Position numbers and translations under genes: made by a program. A stretch of DNA of 64,000 bases from the human T2T-CHM13v2.0 reference genome, Homo sapiens: NCBI RefSeq assembly GCF_009914755.1, contig NC_060935.1; one strand, 5' to 3'. The notes under the pieces were generated by a model. It searched no databases. It was not told where the DNA came from and saw nothing but the letters and a program-made list of their open reading frames with translations. Each line of letters opens with the position of its first letter. Position 1 is the first letter of the stretch. This document shows positions 41,745 to 55,918 of this stretch, piece after piece.

Positions 41745-42130
41745 TCCCTTTTTACTTTATATGCTATATAACTTGATGTTTTTTACAAGATGCCCATTTT
41801 ACTTTTGTAATTAAAAAGAAAAAAAGTAAGGGATATATTTAAAAGTAAAATAGCTCATAAATGTTCCCAAGAGGTTTAAATCATTTTCTGATGGCTTTAG
41901 CCCAGGCAGCAATAACGTCATCATGGCCCAGGTCTGATTTTGTCCCTTCCTGACCAGTGGAGTGGTGGGTGAGAACTGGGAGTAGGGGCTGGGGTCACTA
42001 TTCCTCCCCTGTAACCTGCCGACACCTGGCAGAGTGTCACCCTCAGTGCTCCTTACCACCTGAAGGTGCTCAGCTCGCCACACCTCTGCCTCCTCTCCCT
42101 GAATTTCTCTGCTTTGTTTTGATTCTCTAG

Positions 42131-42330
42131 CAACTTTGACTCTTTGAATGAAGATGATGCTGTGGAGAACAACCAGCTCGCATTTGATGTGGCCGAGCGA
42201 GAGTTTGGGATCCCTCCAGTGACCACGGGCAAAGAGATGGCATCTGCCCAGGAGCCTGACAAGCTCAGCATGGTCATGTACCTCTCCAAGTTCTACGAGC
42301 TCTTCCGGGGCACCCCACTGAGGCCCGTGG
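42131..42330 (+). CDS. MICAL2: MICAL2 exon w11 (200 nt): CH domain C-half
   Basis: ctctag|CAACTTT...GTGG|gtaagc; [29 protein letters not shown]...[25 protein letters not shown]. Confidence 0.97.
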
Positions 42331-42573
42331 GTAAGCACCTGCACAGAGGTTTTGCTTAGCCCCTTGAGCCAACTCTGTCCCTGTCTCTGAGTCTGGCTGC
42401 TCCTAACACTGTATGGTCTGTTCTGGGGCTGCCCAGTGTGTTCCCCTTGACTTTGAGGCCAAACAGGGGTGACTCCACTCACCCAGCCCCTGTGCATGTA
42501 AGTGGATCTGTATGCCATTTACATCTTGAGTTTGGGGTGACAGAATTATTTTAGAGGGACCTGGTTACAATGA

Positions 42574-42911
<338 letters not shown>

Positions 42912-42983
42912 AACACCTCCTTGTTATAGCCATACTTCCCAGAGCCAGGTTCCAAATCACAGTTGCGCTTTATTTCCCAACAG

Positions 42984-43090
42984 ATTCTTGGCGCAAAAAC
43001 TATGGAGAAAATGCTGACCTCAGCTTGGCCAAATCATCCATTTCTAATAACTATCTCAACCTCACATTTCCAAGGAAGAGGACTCCACGG
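42984..43090 (+). CDS. MICAL2: MICAL2 exon w12 (107 nt): first basic cluster of NLS (RKR)
   Basis: caacag|ATTCTTGG...CGG|gtaagt; (D)[35 protein letters not shown]. Confidence 0.95.
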
Positions 43091-43654
43091 GTAAGTTTTG
43101 GCCTGGTTTCGGTTTTATTTCCCATTGCACATGGACGGGGTATGAGGAACGGAGATTGTCACATTCTCAGCCTGTTGAGGCTAGTAAGTTACATGGATCA
43201 GGCGCTCCCGGAAGATGCTAGTAAAACTCGGATTAGTGACTGAGTGTTTTTGGAAGTTCTTCCTGGCACTGTGTAGCTAGTTTCAATGACTTCAAAGTGG
43301 TTATAGGAAGGACATGGTAGCGAGCTGATAGAACATATTGGTGAATGCTTTTACAAGTAAATCAGATCAGCTCTGCTTCCTGAGGGATGGGGATGAAATG
43401 ATTTCTCACTGTGCTGAGCAGTTTAGATCTGGAACATGACGGCCATCAGTTTAGTGGCAGAAGTGCATGGTGATGATGCTCTGTTTACACATCTGTTCCA
43501 TTAATTTGTATTTATTCACTCATTCAACAAATATATATTGGGCTCTCCTATAGGTCAACTTCAGGGCTATATTTTTTGTTTCTGATGAGGGGAGCAAATA
43601 TACAGAAGTGAATAATATATGGACCTTGCCTTTGAGGAGCTCGGAGCCTAATAA

Positions 43655-43900
43655 AGAGGTTCCCAAACTTTCTCAACTTATAGCACTCTTAATGTCTCTG
43701 TAATTTTTTTCATGGTGGGCCTATACCAAAATAAATACCTAACAGTTTCATTTATTAAGTAGTTAAGACCAAATAACTTAATAGGAGCATTTTTCAAGAT
43801 GTCTGACAGACATGATAGTGTTTTCCTAGAAAATTAAAAATATTCTGTGGCACCTCTGTGAGTTCACATGGTGCCATGGGACACAGTTTGGGCATCACAT
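43655..43900. mobile_element. hAT-Charlie-type MITE
   Basis: Inverted termini ggttcccaaact...agtttgggca; internal aaatacctaacagtttcatttattaagtagtta. Confidence 0.65.
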
Positions 43901-44008
43901 GCCTAAGGAGCAGTGACAGTTTTGTGTGAGTGCTAACATCTCTGTGGGAGGCATAATGCAAGTTCTCTTGCTTAATGTGCACATTTTACAGATAAAAATG
44001 GAGGCCTA

Positions 44009-44345
<337 letters not shown>

Positions 44346-47300
44346 CTACTCCGTTGTACTTCATTACTTTGCCCCTACCCCATGCTTCCTTCACACTAAT
44401 TAATCAACTCATTGAAAGGCATTTGTTGTGTATCCAGTTATAGGACATACAGAAGTAATGTGAGCCTTGACCTTGGAGTCCAGTTAGGAAGATAGATGCT
44501 GGGAAGATAGGGAGAAAACTGAGAACCAAGAGTCCGAACCTTGGGGAACAAGGGAGTTTGAGGCGCTGGCAGAGGCAGAGCAGCCAGGAAAGAAGATGGG
44601 AAGGGGAACAGGCAGTTGGAAAGTCAGAGAGGGAGTCGGGAAGCCCACGGAGGAGAGCGCTTCTACGGGATGGGCCCTGGAGACCATGCCAGGCGACAGG
44701 GAAGCCAGCCAGGGTCGGGGCTGAGGACAGGCTATGGGATTTGGATGTGTTGGGGTGGATGGCAAATGTCAGAGTTCTAGGACTGGAATGGGGAGTTCCT
44801 GGGGTGGTCAGTGGGAGCAGAGGAGAGAAGATGGGTGGAGGAGAATAGGACCAGAGTGAAGCCACTGGTGGGAGCAGGGGTGGCTTGGGGTAGGGGCAGT
44901 TGTAAGTACCTGCCCAGAGCTTGCCTGCCCTCTCCAGGATGGCAGGGTGCCCTCCACCAACAGGACAGTGGGCTGGAAGCCTCTGCAAGTTTCTGAGTCT
45001 CTCTAGGTGGCCAAGAGTCTATTTAAGCTTGGCCAAAGCAGCCATACCTAGCAGGGTGGGATGGGGCCACCCAGCCTCCTTTCCCTGGGCTGTGTGAGCA
45101 GTGGTCACTTTTTCCACTGAGGCCTGAACTCCCTGCTCCCTGGGATGCTGCAGCGGCTGTTTTGCCAACCCCAGGAGCAGGATACTTCATGCTTCTGTGG
45201 CTCCCTATCTCTAGGAAGGAATGGGCTAGCAAGGCCTTAGCTGGGCAAGGAAGATGGCAACAGAGCAGTTAAAATGATGAGCTGCACCCAGCCTCTCTCC
45301 CACTCTGAGCCGGCCCAACCTAGAGGCTCTGTGTGAGGGCTGCATTGTCCGCCATGTTCCCACTGAGTAAATGGGGCTGTCTTCTGGGTACCAGCGGTCA
45401 GCTTGTTCTACCTCCAGCCCAAGGACCCCTGTCTTGGGCTGTTTGGCCCCAGGCAAGCCAGTCAGTGTTTCTGGAAGCTCTCCGAGACAGACATTTACTG
45501 CCTTTCTCCATTCACCGCGTTTCTGCCACTTGGCCCTCAGAGGGAACTGGAGAGGGATGTTTCCACCTTTCACTCACCACACCTCTATTTACAGAGTGAC
45601 AGAATTGAAACAGCCTGGCCAGCACTGGCTTGGGAGCTGGGGATGGTTAAAAGTCAGGAATCAGCAAGGTTAGCCAGGCCTCCCAAGGGCTGAGGGCCTC
45701 ACTCCACTTCCCTCTGGCTCTGCTAGAAAATGCTTGTGGTAGAGGGCTCTGCCCAGCCCAATTCTGGCCCCTTTTGAATCTTGTTCAGTCTTCTTCAGGG
45801 TGTGTCCCTTGGCTGCCCATTTTGAGAGGAGTCAAGGCCCACAGATCTGTCCTCTCCCACAGCCTCATTTAATCCTTGCACTCTACCCCATCTTTGGATA
45901 GGTAGAGATATTTGGCCATTGAGTTAAGTGCCTGGCATGGGCATTGTTTGTTCTCTCAGAGCGATGGAGCACTTCCTGTGGGTGGGTTAGGTTGTTTCGT
46001 AAGGCTACTGGGTCACCACACTGTGCCTTGGCCATCACTGAAATACCTCTGCATTCTGTCTACCACTCAATGCCAGCACAGTGATCAGGGCCACGTAGAA
46101 AGTACCTTCTTCCCATCCTACCAGATACCTTGTTGTATCTGAATGCTTTTTTGATTTGGGGAACCGAATGGCAATGCTCTTTGGCCTCAACATTTCCCAT
46201 TAGCAAAGAACAGTGAGTCCACCTCGGTCTGGTCCTGCACAGCCACAGGGGATGTCTGCACGTAAGACTCTGAAATCCATACACAATTACACATCTGTAC
46301 ATAAAGGCTCCCTCACATTTACACCAAGATATCAGTACAACAAAACACGCAACCCTCAATGACCTTGCTCATCAGCCCTTCTGGAGTGGAGATACAGGGC
46401 AGGCATGCTTGCACGAGTCTATACAATAGCCCTCCCCACAAACACAGACAATATCTGTACATACAGGTGCATCCGTATTTGACCTTCCTCCCTGCCCCTC
46501 CCTAACTTCCTCTCTGTCTTCCAGAGGAATATATTGATATGGGAATTGAGCTGTGAGTGCACATTTATTTACAATGTGGCATCTTCATCTGAAGAGGATC
46601 TGCTGGTTCTCTGCTGAGTCAGGCTTAAGAACCTCCCTCCCTGATTTTCACTGACGATGTTAAATTCTTCTTTCCCCCCCCCATCTTATTTTCCTGATAA
46701 CATGCAATCCAAGCAAGATGTATCAACTTCAAGCAAAATGAAAGGCTTTTTCTCCATCAAGGATCTCATTTACTTTTAAAGAGAGTAACTTTTCCATTCC
46801 CACCATGAGTGGTAACCCAATGGGTTGATTAGTTCTGAAAACTGGGCAGCCCATGCCTGGAAAGAGGAGAGCTTGGGGAGTATATTTTCCTCTTAAAAGG
46901 CCCTTGGTCTGCTTCTGCAGATCTGTCTGTGGTCCTGGTGAGGATCTAAAAGCCTCATGGCATGGGACAGTTCCTGGGGGCTCCAGGGCTCTTGTCATCA
47001 TGCATGTAGGTGACACCTGGACATATAACCAGGGCGTCTATCATGCCTGTGTGCATGGGCACACACACAGACATACACCCTCAGACTCACAATACCTACC
47101 AGTACTCTCCTAGACCTGCCACACATGGTGACACCTGTACTTATGGCCACTACGGTCATTACTGTACACATATGCAGAACACCAATTTTTGTCCCATTCT
47201 GAGCCCACTCCTTGGGGGATAAAACAGAAGTTGTTACTTGTCCCTGGAGAGCTCATCCCAGAAGCCAGATGGGTAGCCCCAGGTTTGATCCTGCTCAACC

Positions 47301-48402
47301 AGGTCCTCCTCCTCCTCCAGCACTGGTCCCTGACAGAGTGGCATTCACAAAATGTGACTGACATTTTTGTCAGTGTGTGGTCTGAGTGGTCCAGGTCCCC
47401 CTCCCCAACCCTCCTCTTCCTGAGCCACCTGCACACTTTCCGAAGAGCCGGGTGGCATTACGTGCGAAGGTGCCTCTTCCTTCCATCTACTCATTCAACA
47501 ACTGTTTCTTGAGTGCCTATTTTATGTGGAGTTCTCCTCAGTACTGGGGATGGAGCAGTGAACGAAACAAGCGAGGACCCTGCGTAGGCAGCTTACCTTC
47601 TAGTGGGACTTACGAACTTCCTCTCACCTCACTTCCCCAACTTCTCTCACAGAACCACACGCCCAGCAGCCAAAGCTCCCCACTAGGTTTCCAGGACTTC
47701 TCATGGCAGAGGTTTGAAGAAGGCTTAGGGGAGTCAAGAGTGCCGCTTTCCAAGGCTGGGCCAGCACAGGGCCCTGGAGTATCCCCTCCAGGTGCGCGCA
47801 GGTCATGGCTGAAGCTACTCTCTCTCCTTTCCTCAGCGCAATCTCAGTCCAGGATTCAGAGCTGATTTACAGATTGGGAATGCAGTTAGAAGTCAAGCAG
47901 ACAAACACAGATTTACGTCTGCTGGGGGTCTGGCAAATGTTCTAGCCTCTCAGAAATCTCTTTTGCTTGTCTGAAAAATGAGGGTAACAACATGTACACC
48001 ATTGTATTGCTGCAAAGATGAGGTGATCAAATGCGTGTGGCAGGTCTGAGCACGATGTCTGGCAGGTGGAAGGTGCTTAGTAAATGATAGTTCTTTTCCT
48101 TTAGAAATGATGATTAAATGAAGATGCTTGTTTTCTCAAAAGATGAGTAAAATGATCTGGCTTGAACACTTGGTTCTGTACTGCAACCACAATCAATACA
48201 GCCCTTTGCAGCATACAAAACACTTTCACATACATCTCATTTGCTCCTCATGTCACCTTTGGAGGAAGGCTGGGAACATATTTTCATGCCAGTTTTTAGA
48301 TGAGGAAACTTGGACTTGGGGAGATTACATTTTGATAAGTCATGTAGGTGGTAAATGTCAAAGCCAGAAGTAGAACTCAGATGTTTAAAATTCTGTTACT
48401 CT

Positions 48403-48705
48403 GCCAAGCACGGTGTCTCATGCCTGTAATCCAGCACTTTGGGAGGCTGAGGTGGGCAGATTGCTTGAGGCCAGGAGTTCAAGACCAGCCTGGCCAACAA
48501 AGTGAAACCCTGTCTCTACTAAAAATACAAAAATTAGCCTGCGTGGTGGTGCACACCAGTAGTCCCAGCTTCTTGGGAGGCTGAGGCATGAGAATCACTT
48601 TAACCTGGGAGGCAGAGGTTGCAGTGAGCCAAGATCACACCACTGCACTCCAGCCTGGGCAACACAACAAGACCCTGTCCCCAAAAAGAGAATAAATAAA
48701 ATAAA
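48403..48705 (+). mobile_element. Alu (AluS-like)
   Basis: Full dimer; TSD aaatt(c/a)tgttact. Confidence 0.95.
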
Positions 48706-48750
48706 TTATGTTACTAACACTAGCCTCACTAATAGTGTCTAATACTTGTA

Positions 48751-49104
48751 CAGTAGTGCCCTCCTTATCTGCAGTTTTGCTTTCTAGGGTTTCAGTGACC
48801 TGTGTTCACCCATGGTCCAAAAATATTAAAAGGAAAATTCCAGAAACAATTCAGTTTTAGATTGCACACCATTCTGAGTAGCATGATGAAATCTCACAGC
48901 ATCCCACTCCATCCTGCCTGGAATGTGAATCATCCCTTTGTCCAGCATATCCATGGTGTATTTGCTACCCACCCATTAGTCACCTTAGCTGTCTCAGTTA
49001 CCAGATCAAAAAAACAGCATATCTAGGGTTTGGCAGTATCCATGGTTTCTGGATTCCACTGGGGGCCTTGGAATGTATCTGCCATGGATGAGGGGAGACT
49101 ACTG
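48751..49104. mobile_element. MER44A-like TcMar-Tigger MITE
   Basis: TIRs cagtagtgccctccttatc...gatgaggggagactactg, preceded by TA. Confidence 0.85.
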
Positions 49105-52100
49105 TCTAGCACGTTATAGTTTAAGAAGTGTTTTACATCTGTGATTTCATTACTCTCACAACAGCTTATGAACTAAACAATATAAGATCCCTTCTTATAG
49201 TTAAGGAAACTGAAGTCAAAGTAGTTGGATGGTTTTCCTGAGATCACACAGCTGGGAAATAATTAGTACCAATGCTCAAATCCATGATTCCTTGAAGAAA
49301 GAGCTCTCTTGCTATCACTGGCCGTCTTCCTGACTATCATAGCTGCTGCCCAAATCAACAAAACCATAGCCTGCAATGGTCAACCTCTCTTCCTATGACC
49401 CATATCTAAATTATTCCTGGGCTAGGCTATACCAGCTAACTAAATATAAAGTTTGTTTGCTTTGAGCTAAAATCACATTAACTCGGGCAGTATGGGAACA
49501 TGGTTATCTTGTGCTGATCAAATAAATGTTCAGATTGGCAGATATCTACGTCTTTGATTTTTTTTAATAGGAAAACCAATTAGTTTAATAAATGCCTTTT
49601 GGTATATAGACTCTTTCAAATCATTGGGAAATCATGATAAGAAAGTATTCTTAGGGCGGAAGAGCTGGAAACATTAATGGGAAAAGAACATAAGTTATTT
49701 ATTCTCATGCTCTCTTTGGGCACAGTAAGTATTTTCTTTCTTCTTGTACTTTGAATTCTTTGTAGAGTGAAACAGGGTCCAAGGAAAAGCGAGTACTGAA
49801 GCAATTTTGGTTCACAAATATAGATATACAGATAAGAAAAAAGTAGATAAATCTCTAGGTTTGAGTGTTCTTAACCTTTTTGTGTTAGCCTAGCTCTTAG
49901 TTGAGAATCAGTGCTTCAATGTTAAATTCATAAGGAAGAGTAGAAACCATTTGGGTATATGTGTTGCTAACCTTTCCATAGACTGCATTTGGTTGTCCCA
50001 TGGGTCAGGGTGGGTCAGAGGGGCTGAGGTTGTCCCCGTCCATGTCCTTTATTCCCCCTGAAGGATTTGGAGTCTTCTTAGGAGCTGCTGGTGGGCACGG
50101 CCTCCCCAGGAATGCCCTTCATAAGCCCATGGCTAATATGGCTGTCTTCAATCTATATAGGCTCCCGTGGAACAGTCCCACCCTGGGCTTGTTGAGTACA
50201 AAAGAGAGTAAAATGTTTTGCCCTTTGGAGGAAAAGCCAAATCCTCATTTAAGGTAGAAACCAAAAAAAAAAAACAACAGAAAACCCTAAGATTATGCAT
50301 GAAGCATTCTTGTTGGGTAGGACATTCTGTACTTTCACAGGCCCCAGGTTTGGGCTGGCAAGAGTAGCATTCCCAGGCTGTGGAGCTGGGGGTCCAGACA
50401 GCCTGTTCCTCTAAGACCCAACATTGTTGCAAATAAGATCATCTGTTTCTCTTGGTGTTTGCCCAAGCTTTTGGCTTAAAATCTTTTCCATTCACAGAAT
50501 AATGATTTATCAGAAGCTGAGGAAAACGTTCAAGAGAAGGCAGGGCCCTTTGATGTGTTGTTTTGTGCTGCCTGGGGCAAATTTTTGAACAAATATCAAT
50601 GGACTAAACTGTGGTTGATCTTGTCTTTAAAAACAAACAAAAAAATCTGGTGCTGGTAAATATGGGGAGAGGGCAGGGGATGATGAAGAGGACAAGAGAT
50701 GAGGATGCAGGTGCTTTCCGTTGGAGGGAGGGGATGCGTACTGGGTTGTGTGTTGGGGCACCCGTAGCTAGGGTTGTTGTTTCAGACAACCAGGAGGTAA
50801 AAGAATCCTCCTGTGATCGGGTAGGTTAGGATTTACGGGGCTGATTGGGCTGTATGCCTGGGTTTGAGGTGAGCAGGTGGCCTGCAGCACTTCCCCCTGC
50901 ATCCAAAATGGTAGAAAGGCTAGGATTTAATATGGGCCTGCGATGGAAGCCCCCTCTGAGAGGGTAGATGGCTCCCTGCAGAAGCGATCTATGGTCAATG
51001 GGACATGGCTCCCTGGTTCTGACAGAACTAGCCATTTGGAGAAGGCTCCCGTGGCTGAAGACTGGTAGCAGAGAGGTCTTACCCCAGAAAAGGATGGGGG
51101 AGCCTAGGTGGACCCTAGCCCAGCGACAAGGGTAGGCTTACCCATGGGGTACGGAGGAGGTACTAAATTCAGTCTTTCCCACTCCAGCCATAGCATCAGC
51201 TCGGCCTCCAGAGTTCTGCTCATTCCCTGAGGAGACAAGCCTGACAGCCGAGTGCCCTTTGGGAGCCCTTGCAGGGTGATGCAATGGGCTTGGGTAGAGC
51301 AGGGCTTTCTGGATTTCAATGCCCAGATGCAGGCAGCAGAGAGTGGGCTGTGAGGCGTTCTCAGTAGGGCAACCATGTCATGTATCATCTAAACCAGGAG
51401 ACTTCTGAGAGTGAAGGGGGCACTGTTAACAATCAGGCTGGGGGTAAAAAGCGGTAAATCAGAACTACCCTCCGCCTCCAACAAACTAGGCTGTATGGTC
51501 ACGCTAGTCATCAGGCTATAGTTAATGCTTATTTGAAGTTAATAAAATATTGTTTACTAGGATCTGTGATGGTGAGTGAATTGCAGACTTGATTTGCCAT
51601 CAAATCCCTAGGCAGCTCATTTGAGCCCTGAGAGTCCATGTGAGGTGAACCCGGTCACCTTCTTGTAGGAGAGAGGCTCCCTGGGTGCAGAGAGACCCCA
51701 GCTGGTCTCCATGAGGCAGCACACTGAAAGCATCAGCAGACCTGGCTGTGGCCTTGGGCAAACCATTAAACTGCTCTGAGCCCAAGGCCACTTTGCAATG
51801 GAGATCATCCCTGCCCTGCCTATGTCACCGGGATTCTTTTTGCTTTGATGTTTCATGAAGATCTTTTGGGGTGTAATTCCAGCCCCTTCTGACGAAGCCT
51901 TGGCTCCCTAGGTGGAGTGAGGTTCTCTCCGCTGTGCCTGAACAAAACCCTGTGACAGCATTTGTCACAGTGCGGAGTCATTTACTACCACTCCTGCCTG
52001 TAGGCTGACAGCTGTTTGTGGGCAGGGACACATCCTCAGCGCCAGCTCAAAGCCAGCCCTATGCCCTCAGGGATCTTAGTGGGACTGAAGCCCTTGGTGG

Positions 52101-52136
52101 CCCCCAGAGCTCACCCTGCTTTCTTGGCCATTGCAG

Positions 52137-52205
52137 GTGGATGGTCAAACCGGAGAGAATGACATGAACAAACGGAGACGGAAGGGCTTCACCAACCTGG
52201 ACGAG
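52137..52205 (+). CDS. MICAL2: MICAL2 exon w13 (69 nt): second basic cluster of NLS (KRRRK)
   Basis: ttgcag|GTGGAT...GAG|gtttgt; VDGQTGENDMNKRRRKGFTNLDE (not in the ORF track). Confidence 0.94.
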
Positions 52206-53679
52206 GTTTGTGTACACAGTGTGGCTTTAAACAGAGGCTCGTTTCCTGACAACCAGTGGCCACAGGCAGCCTCACTGTGGTAGCAGCCTGGCCCTGTTCC
52301 TTCCCTCTCTCATGAACCACTGGGTTCCAAGCTTGGCGTGATGGAAAAACAGTTGGGGTTTTGGATCACGCTTCACTACTTACTAGCTGTGTAACCTTGA
52401 GAAACACAACCTCCCAGGATGTGGTTCATGTCTGTAACGTGCAATGATACACTTGAAATACATGAAACTTGGCAGGACTTTTAAAGATGAATAAGATGAA
52501 CATGGTATCTGACACATGTTAATCAATATACAACCACTGTTAACAGTAAATAGTAAAGAGGCATCAGCACTCCCACTTTTCTCCCAATCATCGTTTGTAT
52601 CCATTTGTGTTTCCTTTGCTTTTAGCCTTTAAGGCATATGTCGTGGTCTCCACAAGTGCCACCTTCTGGTGAAAGAAGAAAATTACAGGTTACTTTGTCA
52701 AAGGAGAGCCTGAATCTCTTGCCTGCTTCTGAAAAATTGATCAAGGGGAAAGAGTGTCAGTTCTTGCTTCCCTGGGCAGCTTTTAAAAGAGACCTGATAT
52801 ACACACGTCATTCAAAAAAAGCCATTCCAACTCCACAAGCATGCATATTGTCAGCGAAGTGTGGGATGCCAGCTTTTGCCAGCCTACTGGCTGACCTCAA
52901 AATGATGACTTAGAGGCATGAGGGACGGTCTGTATAATACATTGATATCTGATTGATAGGAGGTAGAAGGGACTTTTTCTACTGTTTATGGTCGAAGAGT
53001 TTTTATTGCTGTATAGTTGCATGACATGGTTGTTCGTGTCTGACTTGCTGCCCCTCACAACAGTGAGCTTTATAATAAATAGAGTCATGAGGTTCACCTT
53101 GGGGAAAGCAGCAGCCAGCCATTCAACCCATTATCTGTGATGGTCAAAGGGAAGCGCTGACAAAGAAAAACGAGTTCAGTTCACATCTTAAAATATGAAC
53201 AAACCCATTCTACCCAATGAGTTCAAAACACGCTGGGTTGAACATTTTCCTAGAGCTTCTTGAAGGTGCACTTCAGGAAGCACTGTTTCTTCTCCACCAC
53301 TTGGCTGTGGTGTAAGCAAGAAGCCAGCAAATAGAGACACAGAGAGGAAGCGGAGACTGCACAAGGCTACAGACACATTCCATTTCCCAGATTACGGGTG
53401 TCAGCTCTCTAGCTTCAGGGCCTGGGATTTGCTCCTGCCTATTCCCAAGAAGCTTCCCTTGGGTACACTTTGTCTCAGGTGGAAGTCTTTTCCTACGTTT
53501 CACCCATGACTTATTTATTTAAGGGTATGTGAGTGTTGTTTCTGTTATTGGCAACCTAGGAGTTGGAGTGGGAAGAAATCTGGTTTGTGTCTACCTTTCT
53601 GAGACAGCCCTGGACAGTCTCCTGGGGCAACGGTTTTGCTTTAAGTCAGTTTTAACAAAGCAATATTCTTTCTAAATTC

Positions 53680-53845
53680 TTGCTACTCAAAATGTAATCC
53701 AAGATCCAGGAGCAGCAGCAGCAGCTGGGTGCTTGTTAGAAGTACAGGCTTTCAGGGCCCACCCCAGACCTACAGAAAGCAAATCTGCTTTTGAGGATTG
53801 ATTTCCTGGTGATTCGTGGACCCGTTAATGTCTGAAAGTGCTGGC
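53680..53845. mobile_element. MER5A-like MITE
   Basis: tgctactcaaaatg...gcagcagctgggtgcttgttagaa...gggcccaccccagacctac. Confidence 0.7.
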
Positions 53846-54374
53846 CTGTATGGCCCACTGTCCTGGCTAACTTTGGTCTTGTACAAATAGTGATCACCCA
53901 AGTAAGCACAGCCTCTTCTCACTCAAGCCTGTGCTGTTGTGCACAGTTACATTTCACTTTGAAGGAGGGTATGCCTCTTCGGTTTGTGTTCGTCCAACAC
54001 TCAGAGTGGCTCTACATACAAGGTTCCCCATAGGGCTGCCACACCTAGGGATCTTTTTAAAAAAAAATTAACTATAGCTTGCCTTTTCCAGTGAATTTCT
54101 TCTAAATGAACACGTCTTTGTTGTCGTGAGAATGTCTGTTCCTGTGAGGGACATTCCTGGTGTCCTTGGGAAAACTTACTGCCCACTTGCTGTGGCAGCA
54201 CCATTTATACTCCTGAGGCCTGTGGGAGGAGATCCCGTAGTAAGGGGGAACAGACGTTCTTAGTAAACAGTGGTCATTTTCAATTTTTTACTGTTAGCAG
54301 ATGAGCTAGAGAAATCTTATATGGAACTCCGTTTTATAAAATAGCATAACCGAATGATCAAGGTCTACATCACC

Positions 54375-54830
54375 ACTTATAAGTCACGTTGATATCATGC
54401 AGCCCGCTGTACTGGAATGAGAAGAGCATTTCACCTCGGTGGTGTCCTTCCCCAAAGTCTAATCATGAGAGAACATCAGACCAACCCAGACTGAAGGGCT
54501 TTCTATTAAACAGCTGCTCAGTACCCTACAAAAAGTGTCATTCTGTAACAGAAACTGTTACAGTTTGTAGGAAACCAAGGAGACAGGGTGATGAAATGCA
54601 GTGTGGGATCCTGGGACAGAAAAAAGATATTAGTGGAAAAACTGATGCAATCCGAATAAAGTGTATAATTTAGTTAATAGTATTGTGCCAGTGTTAATTT
54701 CTCAATCTTGATGACAGGAGCAATTATTCCAGATTTAACACTGTGGGCAGCTGGGTGAAGGGTATGTAGGGACAGTCTGTGCTATCTTTGCAACTTTTGT
54801 GTAAATCTAAAATTGTTTCTAAATTAAAAT
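54375..54830 (+). mobile_element. L1MC-like 3' end fragment
   Basis: tctaatcatgagagaacatcagac...gggatcctgggacagaaaaaagatattagtggaaaaactg...tttgcaacttttgtgtaaatctaaaatt. Confidence 0.75.
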
Positions 54831-55392
54831 TTTTCTTTAAAAAGATAGCAAAAATAGAGCAGGGCTGGTTAAAGCTGGGGGTAGGTACAGAGGAGAAAGG
54901 AGAAAGATCTCCAGAGCCCAGGCCTTGCCTGAGTGACCCCACCCGTGCTTCCTTCATTGGCCCCCAACCCCTGCTCTTCTCCTCTTCTCAGCCAGATGAT
55001 GTATTTTTGAAAACCATTTTGTTCAACACTTCATGATTATACTTGGTTTTTGCAGTAATCATGTGAAGTAGATTACTGTTCTCATTTTATACATGAAAAA
55101 ATGTCAGAGAAGTAAAGTAAATCACCAACATCACGGATAAGAAATGAGAGTCGGGATTCAAACCCCAACCACCTGGCTCCCAAGCCTAGCTGTGCCCATC
55201 CTTTGGAAAGACGCATCCCTCCTGTGAGCATTGCCTCTGCGGGGGTGGCCCTGCTGCCTCTGCCTCCCTTCCTCAGACCATGGAGGGAGCCCTTCTGCGG
55301 GAAGCTAGTCCCACGTCCTGAGTCCCCAAGTCTGCTTTCTGATATCCAGATTCCAGGATCCAACCATCAGTGTCCCGTTTCAACCTTTGCAG

Positions 55393-55542
55393 CCTTCAAA
55401 CTTTTCCAGCCGTAGCTTGGGCTCCAATCAAGAGTGTGGGAGCAGTAAGGAAGGTGGAAATCAGAACAAAGTCAAGTCCATGGCGAATCAGCTGCTGGCC
55501 AAGTTTGAGGAGAGCACTCGGAACCCCTCACTCATGAAGCAG
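55393..55542 (+). CDS. MICAL2: MICAL2 exon w14 (150 nt)
   Basis: tttgcag|CCTTCA...CAG|gtgagt; [50 protein letters not shown]. Confidence 0.95.
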
Positions 55543-55671
55543 GTGAGTCATGTCAAATACTCACTGGACCTAACTTCCTGGTGACTTTTCAGCAGGAATG
55601 TTCTGGCTGCTGATAGACTTCAGATATGCCAGCCAGGCCTGGTCCCAAGGAGACTTGAGCTCCTTCTAGAT

Positions 55672-55880
55672 CAGGAGTCAACAGACTTTTCTATAAGAGG
55701 CCAGATAGCAGTTTTTTAGTGCTTTGGAAGCCATACTGTCTCTGTTACAACTCTGCCATTGTAGTATGAAAGCAGCAGTAGACAATACCTAAACAAATGA
55801 GTCTGGCTGTGTTCCAATAAAACTTTATTTACAAAAAACAGGAGCAGGCCAGATATGGCCCATGGGCCTAGTTTGCTGGT
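55672..55880. mobile_element. MER58A hAT MITE
   Basis: ctctgccattgtagtatgaaagcagc...ggctgtgttccaataaaactttatttacaaaaaacagg. Confidence 0.85.
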
Positions 55881-55903
55881 GGTTGTTCTGCATTAAATAA
55901 ATC

Positions 55904-55918
55904 CATTCCCTAATTTGG
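55904..55918. promoter_or_regulatory. CATTCC (TEAD) overlapping perfect CArG CCTAATTTGG
   Basis: Motif match only. Confidence 0.3.

Noticed and set aside
41811-42518. 235-aa minus-strand ORF
   Set aside because: Antisense shadow of exon w11; no homology recognised.
51950-51970. 8-bp inverted repeat CTGTGACA-N5-TGTCACAG
   Set aside because: Too short for a miRNA or structured RNA; expected by chance at this scale.
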